Source of the DNA: an uncultured Gammaproteobacteria bacterium
Lineage (GTDB): Bacteria > Pseudomonadota > Gammaproteobacteria > SZUA-229
DNA: 64,000 nucleotides
Assembly (NCBI GenBank): GCA_963759005.1
Contig: CAVWXQ010000014.1
Location: 23,655 to 87,654 of the forward strand
Reading direction: 5' to 3'
Both the position numbers and the translations under genes were made by a program. The notes beneath the pieces are model-generated. The model worked only from the letters and a program-made list of their open reading frames with translations. It ran no database searches and was not told the origin of the DNA. Position 1 is the stretch's first letter. Each line of letters begins with the position of its first letter. Shown piece by piece: positions 30,225-40,021 of the stretch.

Positions 30225-32375
30225 TTATTGTAGATTTAACTGTCTGCGACCACGCGCCTGATAACTTACCGAGCCACTGGCTGATCCACCATCACCACTA
30301 CAGGTTAAGGTAAATGTTACCGGACCATTAATCACTATAGACTCAGAACCATTGGTCACTTTTAATCCAGACCAGTCACCGGAGGCAGAGCAGCTGGTGG
30401 CATCTGTTGATGACCAGCTTAATGTTATCGTATCACCACGAAATACTGACGCTGGACTTGCCGTCAGATTAACCGTCGGTACAATAACGGCTGTTGGTGC
30501 ATTTACTGTTACTGTCACGCTGGCACTGGCAATTCCGCCGTCACCGGTACAGCTAATGGTATAGCTGGTGGTTGCCGTCGGAGTAACCACTTCAGAACCA
30601 CTGGTAGCACGACTGCCGCTCCAGCCACCCGAAGCCGTACAGCTTATGGCATCACTTGAACTCCAGCTCAAGGTCGCTGACTGGCCCTGGTCAATAGTTA
30701 ATGGCGAGGCTAAAAGGGACACAACAGGTACAGGGAGCGTGCCACTAATAACATCATTAAGCACTGTTATTTGCGCACTGGCGATCTGCTCATGTTTCAA
30801 ACTTTGTGCATCATAAAGTGTTTTGAAAGTCTGCACCTGTTCCAGGTGGTTATCACGATATAGATCCTGTAAATAACCATATGCGATAGTCTGATAATTT
30901 ATAGACACGCTAACATTCAGATCACCGGCAACAGTAACAGGAATACGGTAAGTTATTTCATCACTTCCCTGATTAAAGTTGGCATCATCAAACGCCAGAC
31001 CGCGAACTGCAACATCCGATGGCACGGCAAGCTTGTCAAAACCTTCTGGCGTCAGCCTGTTATCTTTCAAATACTGTGCGCCACGCAACAGGGTAAAAGT
31101 CACATTACTATCGGAATCACCCATAATCGGCTCATAAATCTGCACCTGGTCAGCTGAAGTAACCAGATCGTAATGCGGTTCAAACACAGTATTGTCTGCG
31201 TCATTGTCTGCACCTACAATAGAACCATCTGCGTTTATCCGGCCTGATTCAAAAACAATATTATTGTTACTGTCAGTAACCTTAAAGTTGAGCCACATGC
31301 GCCGTGATGGATAACCTGTTGGCGTTTTATGGCCTGAGTTATTTTGCACTTTAACCTGGGCTTCCAGCACACCATTGTTCACCGAAGCCGATACAAAGGC
31401 TATGTTTACTGCGCTCTGCAACATGGCGCGGGCACGGTCAATACTTAAATCCATATTGGCACTGGTCACGTCCAGCTGCGCGGCATTATTGTTAAGCAAG
31501 GTCAGCATTGTGGTATTGGCCCCCACCAGCTGATGTTTGGCAAAGCCATCTTTAACACCGAGCCATCGTGGACGATTGGCTATTTTGGATGTTGTTTTCG
31601 GCATATGGCAATCCTGGCAGCTTTGCGGGTTGCTGCCAGCGTCATCAAAAATCGAATTCTGCCATTCTGTATAGGGCATCTGTTCGGGAAACTCTGTATC
31701 TGGTGTGGTGCTCACTACCAGGCCGTTTGCATCAACAAAAGGTGTTTTTAAATCATGGCAGGTCGCACAGACGGCTGAATCTGAAATATGTGCACTGTAT
31801 TCCGGGGTGTATCCGGTGTTATTAATCATTGGCTGGGCGGTGATGTTGCTATATTGCCCGTAGATTGTTTTCGTATCATTAATTGTGTAGTGACCTGATG
31901 CGCCAGCCGGTGTACCCAGGGTAGCATCATCTTTGATTTGATGACACACAGTACAGCTGACACCATTCATACCGGCATCATGCAGTTCATGATTAGTATC
32001 AAGGATGCCGTTGGGTCCAAACAGTGTGACATCGCCACCCTGTACTTTCGTGATTTCGTAGTTAGCCATTGGTGCATGACACTTGCTGCACTTATCATTT
32101 ATCAATGAAGATAGATGCGGATTACGTTCTAACTCAGTCGCTACCTTTGCACGCCAGAAAGGGTCCTTGGTCGCATTCGCCATCATCGATGTTCCCCAGT
32201 CCTCGACGATGGACACATTATCACCTGAAGTATCGGTCAAGCCATCATGGCACATGGTGCAGTTTCCTGAACCTGAAAAATGTGAGGTGGTGAAATTGTC
32301 ATTCTCTGCCTGCGCAGTGAAAGAAAAAAGAAAAAATAGGATAGTTACTGATAGTCGAAATACGTTTTTGCTCAT
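30225..32375 (-). CDS. secreted pentaheme c-type cytochrome with two C-terminal Ig-like repeats
   Basis: Signal peptide. Five CxxCH motifs (CTMCH, CSKCH, CTVCH, CATCH, CQDCH). About 55-aa repeat (LxASP...SATLSWSS...SCTASG.WSG...TYTISCTGDGG) present twice. Confidence 0.8.
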   Translation of the reverse strand: MSKNVFRLSVTILFFLFSFTAQAENDNFTTSHFSGSGNCTMCHDGLTDTSGDNVSIVEDWGTSMMANATKDPFWRAKVATELERNPHLSSLINDKCSKCHAPMANYEITKVQGGDVTLFGPNGILDTNHELHDAGMNGVSCTVCHQIKDDATLGTPAGASGHYTINDTKTIYGQYSNITAQPMINNTGYTPEYSAHISDSAVCATCHDLKTPFVDANGLVVSTTPDTEFPEQMPYTEWQNSIFDDAGSNPQSCQDCHMPKTTSKIANRPRWLGVKDGFAKHQLVGANTTMLTLLNNNAAQLDVTSANMDLSIDRARAMLQSAVNIAFVSASVNNGVLEAQVKVQNNSGHKTPTGYPSRRMWLNFKVTDSNNNIVFESGRINADGSIVGADNDADNTVFEPHYDLVTSADQVQIYEPIMGDSDSNVTFTLLRGAQYLKDNRLTPEGFDKLAVPSDVAVRGLAFDDANFNQGSDEITYRIPVTVAGDLNVSVSINYQTIAYGYLQDLYRDNHLEQVQTFKTLYDAQSLKHEQIASAQITVLNDVISGTLPVPVVSLLASPLTIDQGQSATLSWSSSDAISCTASGGWSGSRATSGSEVVTPTATTSYTISCTGDGGIASASVTVTVNAPTAVIVPTVNLTASPASVFRGDTITLSWSSTDATSCSASGDWSGLKVTNGSESIVINGPVTFTLTCSGDGGSASGSVSYQARGRRQLNLQ

Positions 32376-32697
32376 TTAAAGGCCTCCGGGCGTTCTTTAT
32401 TGTGCTTAATGTTTTGTTAGTACGGTGGCATTTATACTCCCATTGAAAATAAAACCACAGTAACTTGTTCGTTCATTTTCGTTCATTTTTTACAAGCGTA
32501 TTTTTATTATTTAAATCATTAATTTACAAATCTTTACAAACGGTTTTTAACGATGACCGGTGACACAAAACCGAGCTTTCCATTTTTAATATTAATTGTT
32601 ATTGCTGAGCCAAATATTTCATATTGATTTATGTCATTATATATAGCCGACAAACGGTGTATAAAACCACTTCTGTATTTTTACCGATTGAGCAAAA

Positions 32698-33124
32698 TAT
32701 GAGCGATTTAACTTTCCAGATGCTACTGCATTGTAATTACATAGACGACCAGAATACTATCGATCAGTTACATGTCGAACATTTAGTTAAAGACAACTGG
32801 CAGGAATTTGATATCAATACCTCCAGCCCTGGCTTCGATATTTTTATGTATGCTATTCTCACCTGTCAGCATATGTACTTTAGAAATAATGCTGCAGAAT
32901 ATGGTCTGGTTCTGGACTCAAGTGAAGGGCTATTAACAGTCATTGCTAACGAACACAGAAGCATTGAAACATTGAATGTCGAATTTAAAGGCAAACTGAA
33001 AAAAGGCGAGGCGACTGAAGACATCGTGAATTCTATTACTGCACGCATGGGCTTATGCCCGGTTTCCATCAACCTGAAGGATATATTAAACAATCATATA
33101 ACAGCGAGTTTTGAACCTGCCTGA
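32698..33124 (+). CDS. OsmC/Ohr-family protein (putative hydroperoxidase)
   Basis: ATG at 32698 (MSDLTFQ...). Paired Cys motifs AILTCQHMY and MGLCPVSINL resemble OsmC AACFSMA / AGCPVSQ. Confidence 0.5.
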
Positions 33125-33238
33125 CAGGAAATAAAAAGTCGGTTACAAAACCACTAAGTTAAGCGCAGGAAAACCAGGTCAGCAATAGTCACTGTATCTA
33201 TTTAGTGCTGCAGTCTCATGAGGGAATGCTTATACGAG

Positions 33239-33395
33239 CCCAGATATTTCATAGGAACGCTACAGCTTTAACTTAACATTATGATTGTATTGAGAAATAT
33301 TGGCATATTAGCAAAGCACACTATGTACCCGATAACGCTCGGCAATTGCTCCTGCATTGCCCTACTACCTGCCATCCATGGCAGTATATGCAGTT
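33239..33395 (+). mobile_element. MITE copy 3 (5' portion only, variant with internal insert)
   Basis: Left TIR cccagatatttcataggaacgc plus an internal segment identical to the insert in copy 2. The right end is missing. Confidence 0.5.
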
Positions 33396-33472
33396 GCTCG
33401 GGAATTATGGCTAGAACACATTACGCCCATAAATGGGCACAATGTTCACAACATATCTAGTGTAAGCCCCTA

Positions 33473-33958
33473 CTAAGATAAACTGAGTTTGATTGCATCA
33501 ACCAGATCATCACAGGCTTTGGCGCATGCATCGCACTCGATATGCTTCTCATGTTTTTTGCATTCTTTTGCACAATCCTGGCACACTTTGTCACATATTT
33601 GTGAGTACTCTTTAGTGTAACTGGAGTTCGATGCCACAAGATAGGCAAAACCACCACAAACTGACATCATTTCCTGCACCTTGCTCGCACAGTCAGCCAG
33701 TTCGGTATCACCCTCGGTAAAACTAACCATACAGTGTGCAACACAACGTCGCCCTTTGTCGAGGCAAGCATTAACTGCATCCATCACATCGGTTAACTGC
33801 GTTGCATGTTTGCTGTGATCGTGCTCTTTTGCGGCCGCCGATGCAGAACCTGCATAAGCCATGGTCGCAGCAGCACCCATCCCCAGCAATACATCTCTAC
33901 GACTGATGCCATTTTTTACCTGTTGCTGTTTTTCAGATACGGTTTCTTTTTCTGACAT
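33473..33958 (-). CDS. TAT-exported Cys-rich four-helix-bundle protein (Csp/DUF326-like copper storage)
   Basis: Twin-arginine signal SRRDVLLGMGAAATMAYAG. Many Cys in CxxxC-type spacing (CLDKGRRCVAHC, CDKVCQDCAKEC, CDACAKAC). Confidence 0.65.
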   Translation of the reverse strand: MSEKETVSEKQQQVKNGISRRDVLLGMGAAATMAYAGSASAAAKEHDHSKHATQLTDVMDAVNACLDKGRRCVAHCMVSFTEGDTELADCASKVQEMMSVCGGFAYLVASNSSYTKEYSQICDKVCQDCAKECKKHEKHIECDACAKACDDLVDAIKLSLS

Positions 33959-33993
33959 AGTTTGGGACTCCCCTGTTAAATTGTGAAGTATAT

Positions 33994-34380
33994 TTGTACT
34001 ACAGATGTGAACAACAAATCAAGATATATTATGAATATAGCAGTACCTTAATGATACATCGTGATGTTTTGGAGTTAACGAGTCAGCAGATCAGTTCCTT
34101 TCGCAATTGGCGTAAGCAAAACTATGGAAACATGGTGGACGTTATGAATACTCTTATCGAAAAGCGTGTCGAATTTAAAAAAGCTTCGCTAAATCCCGAT
34201 ACATCGGAAGAAGAATTGATTAAGACGCAAGATGATATTCTGAATTTGCACAAAAAACTTCTTGAGATAAAGTTAACCTGCCGTAAGATGTTAGTTGACA
34301 GTTTCACAGAGGCACAGTGGGATAATTTTGCATTTGCGGTTGCTGATCATCCCAAGCTTGGGAGTTTAATTCAGCGATAG
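33994..34380 (+). CDS. Spy/CpxP-family LTXXQ periplasmic protein, N-terminally truncated paralog (possible pseudogene)
   Basis: About 85% nucleotide identity to 39178-39501 from HRDVLELTSQQ onward. Lacks the signal-peptide portion present in the 38992 copy. Confidence 0.5.
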   Translation: MYYRCEQQIKIYYEYSSTLMIHRDVLELTSQQISSFRNWRKQNYGNMVDVMNTLIEKRVEFKKASLNPDTSEEELIKTQDDILNLHKKLLEIKLTCRKMLVDSFTEAQWDNFAFAVADHPKLGSLIQR

Positions 34381-34522
34381 GAAATTGCGATGGGTTTATA
34401 ATCACTTTCATACATGTGTGCCGTGCAGCATATAACCTGGTAGTTACGTAATCTCACCGGTTTGGTTGAGTCTATGTGTCAAAAATACAAACAGCACTAC
34501 CGGAATGATAATTGTTGAATGG

Positions 34523-34578
34523 CCGTTGTGGGTCGACTTTGCCCTGTCAGCTCATTACCCCGAAGGAGAATATGCGGC
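34523..34578 (+). repeat. 56-bp dispersed repeat, copy A
   Basis: ccgttgtgggtcgRctttgccctgtcagctcattaccccgaaggagaatatgcggc. Identical to 37971-38026 except for 1 nt. Confidence 0.6.
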
Positions 34579-34831
34579 CAAAAACAGTCCCTCACCAGTT
34601 ATCTGAAGCAAATAATGCAGCATGATGGGAGAACTGTTGAACATACATGATAATGGCACGTAATATAGGCCATATCACCCAGCAAATTCGACCACATAGT
34701 CATTAGGAATCCAATACCTCCAATTGATACAACCAGAAGTATCGACGCATACATACACTTTATTTAACAGGGAACCAATAAAAAGTCAGATCATTGGTAT
34801 TTCACAATCCGACCGTTGCATTTCCTCCAAT

Positions 34832-35065
34832 TCACAGCCCGATAAGTTGGGCATGCGCTCCCTGGTCCGTTATGCGTTTCAGAATTTTCTGAGAATCCAT
34901 TTCCTCAGGATTGTATTGTACAACGGTCAGATGTGGTGTTTTGCTCGAACCATGTACGCTGACAACCCCGTCCAGGGCACGAAGACTGTCCTCTACCGTT
35001 ATTCTCTGTTCAGGGCTCAGGTTTTCATCGATATGCACAGTAAGATCAACAAGATTGATATCCAT
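34832..35065 (-). CDS. small hypothetical protein (HMA-like fold guess, no CxxC)
   Basis: 77-aa ORF. No motif I can place. Confidence 0.25.
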   Translation of the reverse strand: MDINLVDLTVHIDENLSPEQRITVEDSLRALDGVVSVHGSSKTPHLTVVQYNPEEMDSQKILKRITDQGAHAQLIGL

Positions 35066-35471
35066 AGCCTACCTCCTATATATCTGGTGCACTAATCACT
35101 CAAAGCGTGATAGTTTAACCTCAAATTAGTGTAAACGACCGCCTCCCTGATGTTCTTGTTCTATGTCAAACTTTCGCTTCGTTTTCTGGCGAAGCATACG
35201 TAAGCCTCGGCTAATACTGTAACTACCAGCGTGCTCGCTTTGGTTCGGTTAAGGCATATTCACAGACGCTAACGATAATGGGTCAACTACTGTCTGTTAG
35301 CTATAGCTAGTATTAAGAGCAGCTAACAGTCTCTCTTGGGTCGATAGCTGCCTGTTCGATGCAAGTAATATTAGAATTATCTAACTGTCGCCTTTGGTTC
35401 CACAACGCTCTATCAGCTCAGTATCATGACCGCGGATAAGCGGCCAATAACGCCCATTCAAGATCAAAGGC

Positions 35472-35631
35472 ATTAGTCCGCGAAGTACGCGAAAGACGCG
35501 AAGTAAAACCTTTTTTATTTTTTATTAAGACGCAGCAGTAAAGGGAATAAATAAACAACTTATATTTTTTTCTTTGCTTTCTTTGCTTTCTTTGCTTTTT
35601 TTGCTTTTTTTGCGTTCTTCGCGGACTAATG
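35472..35631. repeat. 15-bp TIR-bounded element enclosing (tttctttgc)n tandem repeats
   Basis: cattagtccgcgaag ... cttcgcggactaatg with 3x tttctttgc plus 2x tttttttgc inside. Confidence 0.45.
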
Positions 35632-35986
35632 TTTTAAGTTTTTTGAATGAGTAATAAGGGTCGGCAACAGACATAAAAAAGCACCCGTAGAGGGAGTCCG
35701 TTCTCTAGTGTGCTCGCAGCCTGACTTCCGAATCTTGATGCTGACCGTGTATCGGCTGATTTGTATATTACTGGTAGACCTGTTCTATTGCTGTCGGTCC
35801 GAGCTTGTTGAAATCAGGATTTTCCTACAGGTTGATATTAAAGTAACTTGATATACATTCTTCCAGTGAACCCAGTAACAGGCACACCTGTGACAGAAGG
35901 GTCGTTTAAATATACAGGTAATACATTAACCGTTCCCGAAGTAGAATTACAGCCTAAGGCTACGTTTGCATACGAGTAAATGGATG

Positions 35987-36030
35987 CCGATATTGGGCAA
36001 TAATTTCATCAAGTGGATATCACTATATTG
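35987..36030 (+). repeat. about 45-bp repeat, copy 1 (inverted copy at 38731-38781)
   Basis: ccgatattgggcaataatttcatcaagtggatatcactatattg versus the reverse complement of caatatagtgatagtgaaatccacttgaaggaaattattgcccaatatcgg. Confidence 0.45.
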
Positions 36031-36152
36031 CCCATACTAACTTTCACATTTTAGGGCTGGCTCACCATCGGCCCAAATTTTTTCGACTTTTCACACAACC
36101 TGGTCCAACAAGAGACATTCAGCACAAATAAAAACGGCTCCTGAAGGAGCCG

Positions 36153-36467
36153 CTATTGATTAACTTTTAATTGTTGTGCCTTCTTTCCTCTGGCAACACC
36201 GATTAAACCGATTAACCCTGAACCAAAAAGCCATACGGCTGCAGGAACGGGAACAGCTGAAACCGATATATTGTCTAATTGTAAATAACTTCCGCTTGTC
36301 TCAGTCCATGATGCACTTAATACATTAGACCAATTTAAATTAAAGGTTTCCAAGCCTATAATACTATCAGTGCTTACAACAGTAGATAATAATGATCCTG
36401 AATTTGTTACAGCATTAATACTTATGTTTTGGCTAACACCTGAATTAAATACGTCGCCAATCTATAG
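36153..36467 (-). pseudogene. PEP-CTERM sorting-signal protein remnant
   Basis: C-terminus VPVPAAVWLFGSGLIGLIGVARGKKA (PEP-like motif, TM, basic tail). Only about 100 codons open and no proper start. Confidence 0.5.
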
Positions 36468-36597
36468 AAAATAAATTAAATGCGCCGCCATTAAGTTGAG
36501 TTAGAGTCGTTGTGTAATTGCTGTGCGTGCACCAGCACGGTGGGGGTTAATACGTTGGCTCCCCGGGTCTTTCTGGGCGCATAAAACCCTTTGGTCA

Positions 36598-36690
36598 GCA
36601 ACCCCGATAGCGTTTAACGGCACGTTTGATGCTGATCTTTGACACGCCAAAAGCACGCGCAATCTCTGCCGTTTGCCTGTACTGGAATAG
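36598..36690 (-). mobile_element. IS630-family transposase N-terminal HTH remnant
   Basis: RQTAEIARAFGVSKISIKRAVKRYRGC* matches the IS630 N-terminal pattern R.EAA.RFGVS.S...RW..RYRE.G. Stop codons on both sides. Confidence 0.4.
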
Positions 36691-37356
36691 TTATGAGAGA
36701 AAGTCACGCCACTCGGATCAGCATTGTATGGAGAAGAGCTTTCCCAATGAAGAATGGAGCCAATGCCAGCAGAAGAGTAATAAACAGGTTGAAAATCCTT
36801 GGAAGCATCAAGAGATGGCCAGTCGTAATGGAGCCAATGCCAGCAGATTTAAACTTTGCTTGTGTTGTCAAAAAGATTTCTTCAAAATCAAATAATTGAC
36901 GAATGTCTGCAATGGGTCGTAATGGTACTTTAGCGGCAGCTAATATTGAGAGTTGTTAACGGTTGTCTTTGGGTCGATAACTGGCATTCCATTATTCCAG
37001 ATGACATCATCATCTTGGTCTGAAACTATAACCATAAAGCACTCACCCAACAATCGAGAGGCATGGATGATTGCACCCTTCTTATTGTCGTAACTCCCCA
37101 CGGTTGACAATGATTGAGAATGTTTATCGGGTTTGCACTGTACTATCCACATATTACTATCCTGTTTGTAATTATCTGGTCGTCATTACGTCGAGTTTGT
37201 TTATTCAAATATCAAAGCAATATTTATACCAAAATAATAATATATAAGATTATCAGGGCATTAATTATATAAGAGCATTTAATGGATTACTTAGTTGTAA
37301 AGCAGGGTTACAGTTGTTGAATGGCCGCTTAGGCAACAGACATAAAAATGCGCCCA

Positions 37357-37540
37357 CTATCCATAAGGGGGTGCGGCATAGTCAGGTAACCTTTCGTATA
37401 TTTCTTCACTATAAACCGTCACTTCTTCAGGTGCGTCTATACCTATCCTGGCATGGTTGCCTTGAATGTCCAGTTAGAGTAATTTCAATATCACCGTCTA
37501 AAATAATTGTTTCGCCAATTTTTTTAGTCAGCAACAACAT
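37357..37540 (-). pseudogene. csrA: csrA (carbon storage regulator) with +1 frameshift at about 37476
   Basis: RBS aggagg, then MLLLTKKIGETIILDGDIEITL. The rest (LDIQGNHARIGIDAPEEVTVYSEEIYERL) is in the +1 frame. One extra base in ctaACTgg. Confidence 0.7.
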
Positions 37541-37970
37541 TATTACCTCCTAGCTTTATTGGTACCTTTAAAACTGGAAGTTGTTATGGCAAGTATGAAA
37601 ATAATGCTTATGACTGATGACCACGCTACCATCTCTATAACTATTGCTTCTCGCTTGTTATCTTTTTTATCTTTCATTTTTAATTTACTTGTCGTTGCGA
37701 CGAAAACTTGTTTTAATAATGATGCACAGCAAAAACCATACCAAAATAAGAAATTATCTAACTATCAATTAGATAGCTAAATATTAGCATTTCATTGATT
37801 TTTAACGTGTTAAGAACACCGGACAGAATACGAAATATAAGGCTGGAAATAACAGGATTTCTCTACACTTGCTGAACATCTCTCATGGGTCGGAAGCTAC
37901 CATACAAGCATATAACGCATTATTTAAAGCAAATCTTAGGATGTAAATAATTTCGACAGGGGCTGACAGT

Positions 37971-38026
37971 CCGTTGTGGGTCGGCTTTGCCCTGTCAGCT
38001 CATTACCCCGAAGGAGAATATGCGGC
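37971..38026 (+). repeat. 56-bp dispersed repeat, copy B
   Basis: See 34523-34578. Preceded by gctgacag, which pairs with the internal ctgtcagc. Confidence 0.6.
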
Positions 38027-38122
38027 TATTGGAAGTTCACGATACAATAAAAATGACCTTGGAGTAGCTATTTTTCTGGTGATATAAATTAGAAACCTGT
38101 GGTCAAATAACCGTTGCTATTA

Positions 38123-38560
38123 TTATTTATGTGGCGACAATGAGGACAGGTACTCAGAAGAACACCAACCTTTTCCGTGAAATTGTGTATTCACATAATA
38201 CCAACCATCAGCCTCTCTAATATATTCAACCTCTGATCCAACTTTCAGTACGGCGATTGGAGTGGTGTCCAATGATGCAGAAGGTCTGAGGTTTAACTTT
38301 GCTCTAACTGTATGTGTTGGAACAAATGCCTTTACTGCTTCAGATGTCATATGGGCTGATCTTGGAGCATCAGGTTCAGTTGCAGCTTGCGACTCATCTG
38401 GCTCCGCGATTTGTGGGCCGGGCGCATGGGCTGACGCATCTTCCTCTGGGGCCGTGGCTTCCTTTTCCGAGCAACCGGCACCCAGCAGCATCACTAGTGC
38501 CAGTGTGGGGGTTATCGCCTTTACGCAAAATCTCCGGCGCTGGGTAGTATCAATAGACAT
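38123..38560 (-). CDS. SH3b-domain lipoprotein
   Basis: RBS ggaggtg, then ATG at 38560. Lipobox LGAGC. C-terminus VRAKLNLRPSAS...VLKVGSEVEYI...GWYYV..GKGWCSSEYL matches the SH3_3 pattern. Confidence 0.6.
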   Translation of the reverse strand: MSIDTTQRRRFCVKAITPTLALVMLLGAGCSEKEATAPEEDASAHAPGPQIAEPDESQAATEPDAPRSAHMTSEAVKAFVPTHTVRAKLNLRPSASLDTTPIAVLKVGSEVEYIREADGWYYVNTQFHGKGWCSSEYLSSLSPHK

Positions 38561-38730
38561 GGGTTCACCTCCGTAATGACGTGATTGGGTAATCTGTTGT
38601 TGTGAAGTGTACGTGAAAATCACTTGGGTGTAAAAAAAAGTCGGGTCCTGTCCTTCCCTCGAATCACAGCGGGTTGCAGGCTAAACACGTACTTTCGGCT
38701 GCCAGTTCAACCGTATGAAAGGTTTAGTAT

Positions 38731-38781
38731 CAATATAGTGATAGTGAAATCCACTTGAAGGAAATTATTGCCCAATATCGG
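38731..38781 (-). repeat. about 45-bp repeat, copy 2 (inverted relative to 35987)
   Basis: See 35987-36030. The flanking ttttcacacaRcctggKcc motif is also shared. Confidence 0.45.
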
Positions 38782-38991
38782 CTTCCATTTACCACTTTCA
38801 AATATCACTAATACTTTTCACACAGCCTGGGCCATGAACGGTCATTCAGATGCACATCTAAATAATATATACACTGAGCTTACAATGTAGGACTTTTCCT
38901 ACAAGTCATTCAGGTGTAAGTCATATTATTCGATATATTTTTGAGTATTATAATCATGCGGGGGAATTAATACTTCAGAGGAAGGGAAAAT

Positions 38992-39501
38992 ATGAATATA
39001 AATGCTATAAAACTCGCCACTATTCTCATAACAACCTTTTTGTTTGTCGAGCCACTCTCGGCAATGCATAAAAGTGACCATGATCTATCCAATGATGAAT
39101 GGGCGATACTAATGCGCAAACTTGAGCTACTGGATGGTGTTAACTACATGCCAACATTATTACCTACAATAATGAGACATCGTGACGTATTGCAGTTAAC
39201 GAGCCAGCAGATCAACTCCTTTCGCAATTGGCGTAAGCAAAACTATGAAAACATGGTAAAAGTAATGAATACAATTATCGAAAAGCGTATCGATTTCAAA
39301 AAAGCTTCGTTAAACCCCAAGACTTCAGAGGAAAAATTACGTGAGATGCAAAGCGATATTCTGACCTTGCATAAACAGCTTCTTGAGATAAAGTTATCCT
39401 GTCGTAAAATGCTCGTTGATAGTTTTACAGAGGAGCAGTGGGATAACTTTGCCTTTGCGGTTGCTGATCACCCCACGCTAGCGAGTTTAGTTCAACAATA
39501 G
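38992..39501 (+). CDS. Spy/CpxP-family LTXXQ periplasmic protein (full length, signal peptide)
   Basis: Signal peptide MNINAIKLATILITTFLFVEPLSA. LTSQQ motif. Paralog of 33994-34380. Confidence 0.6.
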   Translation: MNINAIKLATILITTFLFVEPLSAMHKSDHDLSNDEWAILMRKLELLDGVNYMPTLLPTIMRHRDVLQLTSQQINSFRNWRKQNYENMVKVMNTIIEKRIDFKKASLNPKTSEEKLREMQSDILTLHKQLLEIKLSCRKMLVDSFTEEQWDNFAFAVADHPTLASLVQQ

Positions 39502-40021
39502 GAATTTGTTGCGGGTTTTAACCTACCTATGTGTCCGGTCTATACACCTATTTCATGCATGCACCGGACGTCATGCAAATAATATGGTAGATACGTATTT
39601 CAACGGTTTGGTTGCACCATGTATCAAAATGCAACCAACACTCCCGTAATGGTAATTACTGAATGACCGTATTGGGTCGGTTAACGACCTTCAAGCAATT
39701 AATCATCGCCATTATAAATCAGCGGTCGCTTACCGGTACACACTGCGTGAAAACTCAATTTGTAAATTGCAATAAATAGTGGCTTCATCGAATGATTGTG
39801 AAGCCACTATCGAGTATTCTTTGAGTTTTCACATACTCCGGGCCATGAGCAGATCGTCATAAGTTTTTACTATGTCCCAAACTTACCATGCAAGACCCCT
39901 TTACTTTTAATGTTAAGTTAAATTTTTAGCGTTCCTAAGAATTATTCGGATTAACTCCAGAAACAAAAACGGCAGCCTCAATGGCTGCCGCTATCATGCT
40001 ATGAATTAGTTTTTACTGTAA

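Noticed and set aside
32400-32700. Fur-box-like AT-rich sequence (aatattaattgttatt) upstream of the pentaheme cytochrome gene
   Set aside because: It matches the Fur consensus at only about 10 of 19 positions in a 25%-GC region where such matches occur by chance.
35521-35600. tttctttgc tandem units as a CRISPR array or coding repeat
   Set aside because: The 9-bp period has no spacers and lies inside a TIR-bounded AT-rich element, so it is a simple tandem repeat.
36501-36899. Overlapping 66-89-aa ORFs around the IS remnant
   Set aside because: The region is a mosaic of repeat fragments with duplicated 21-mers. Only the short IS630-like HTH frame has a recognisable motif.
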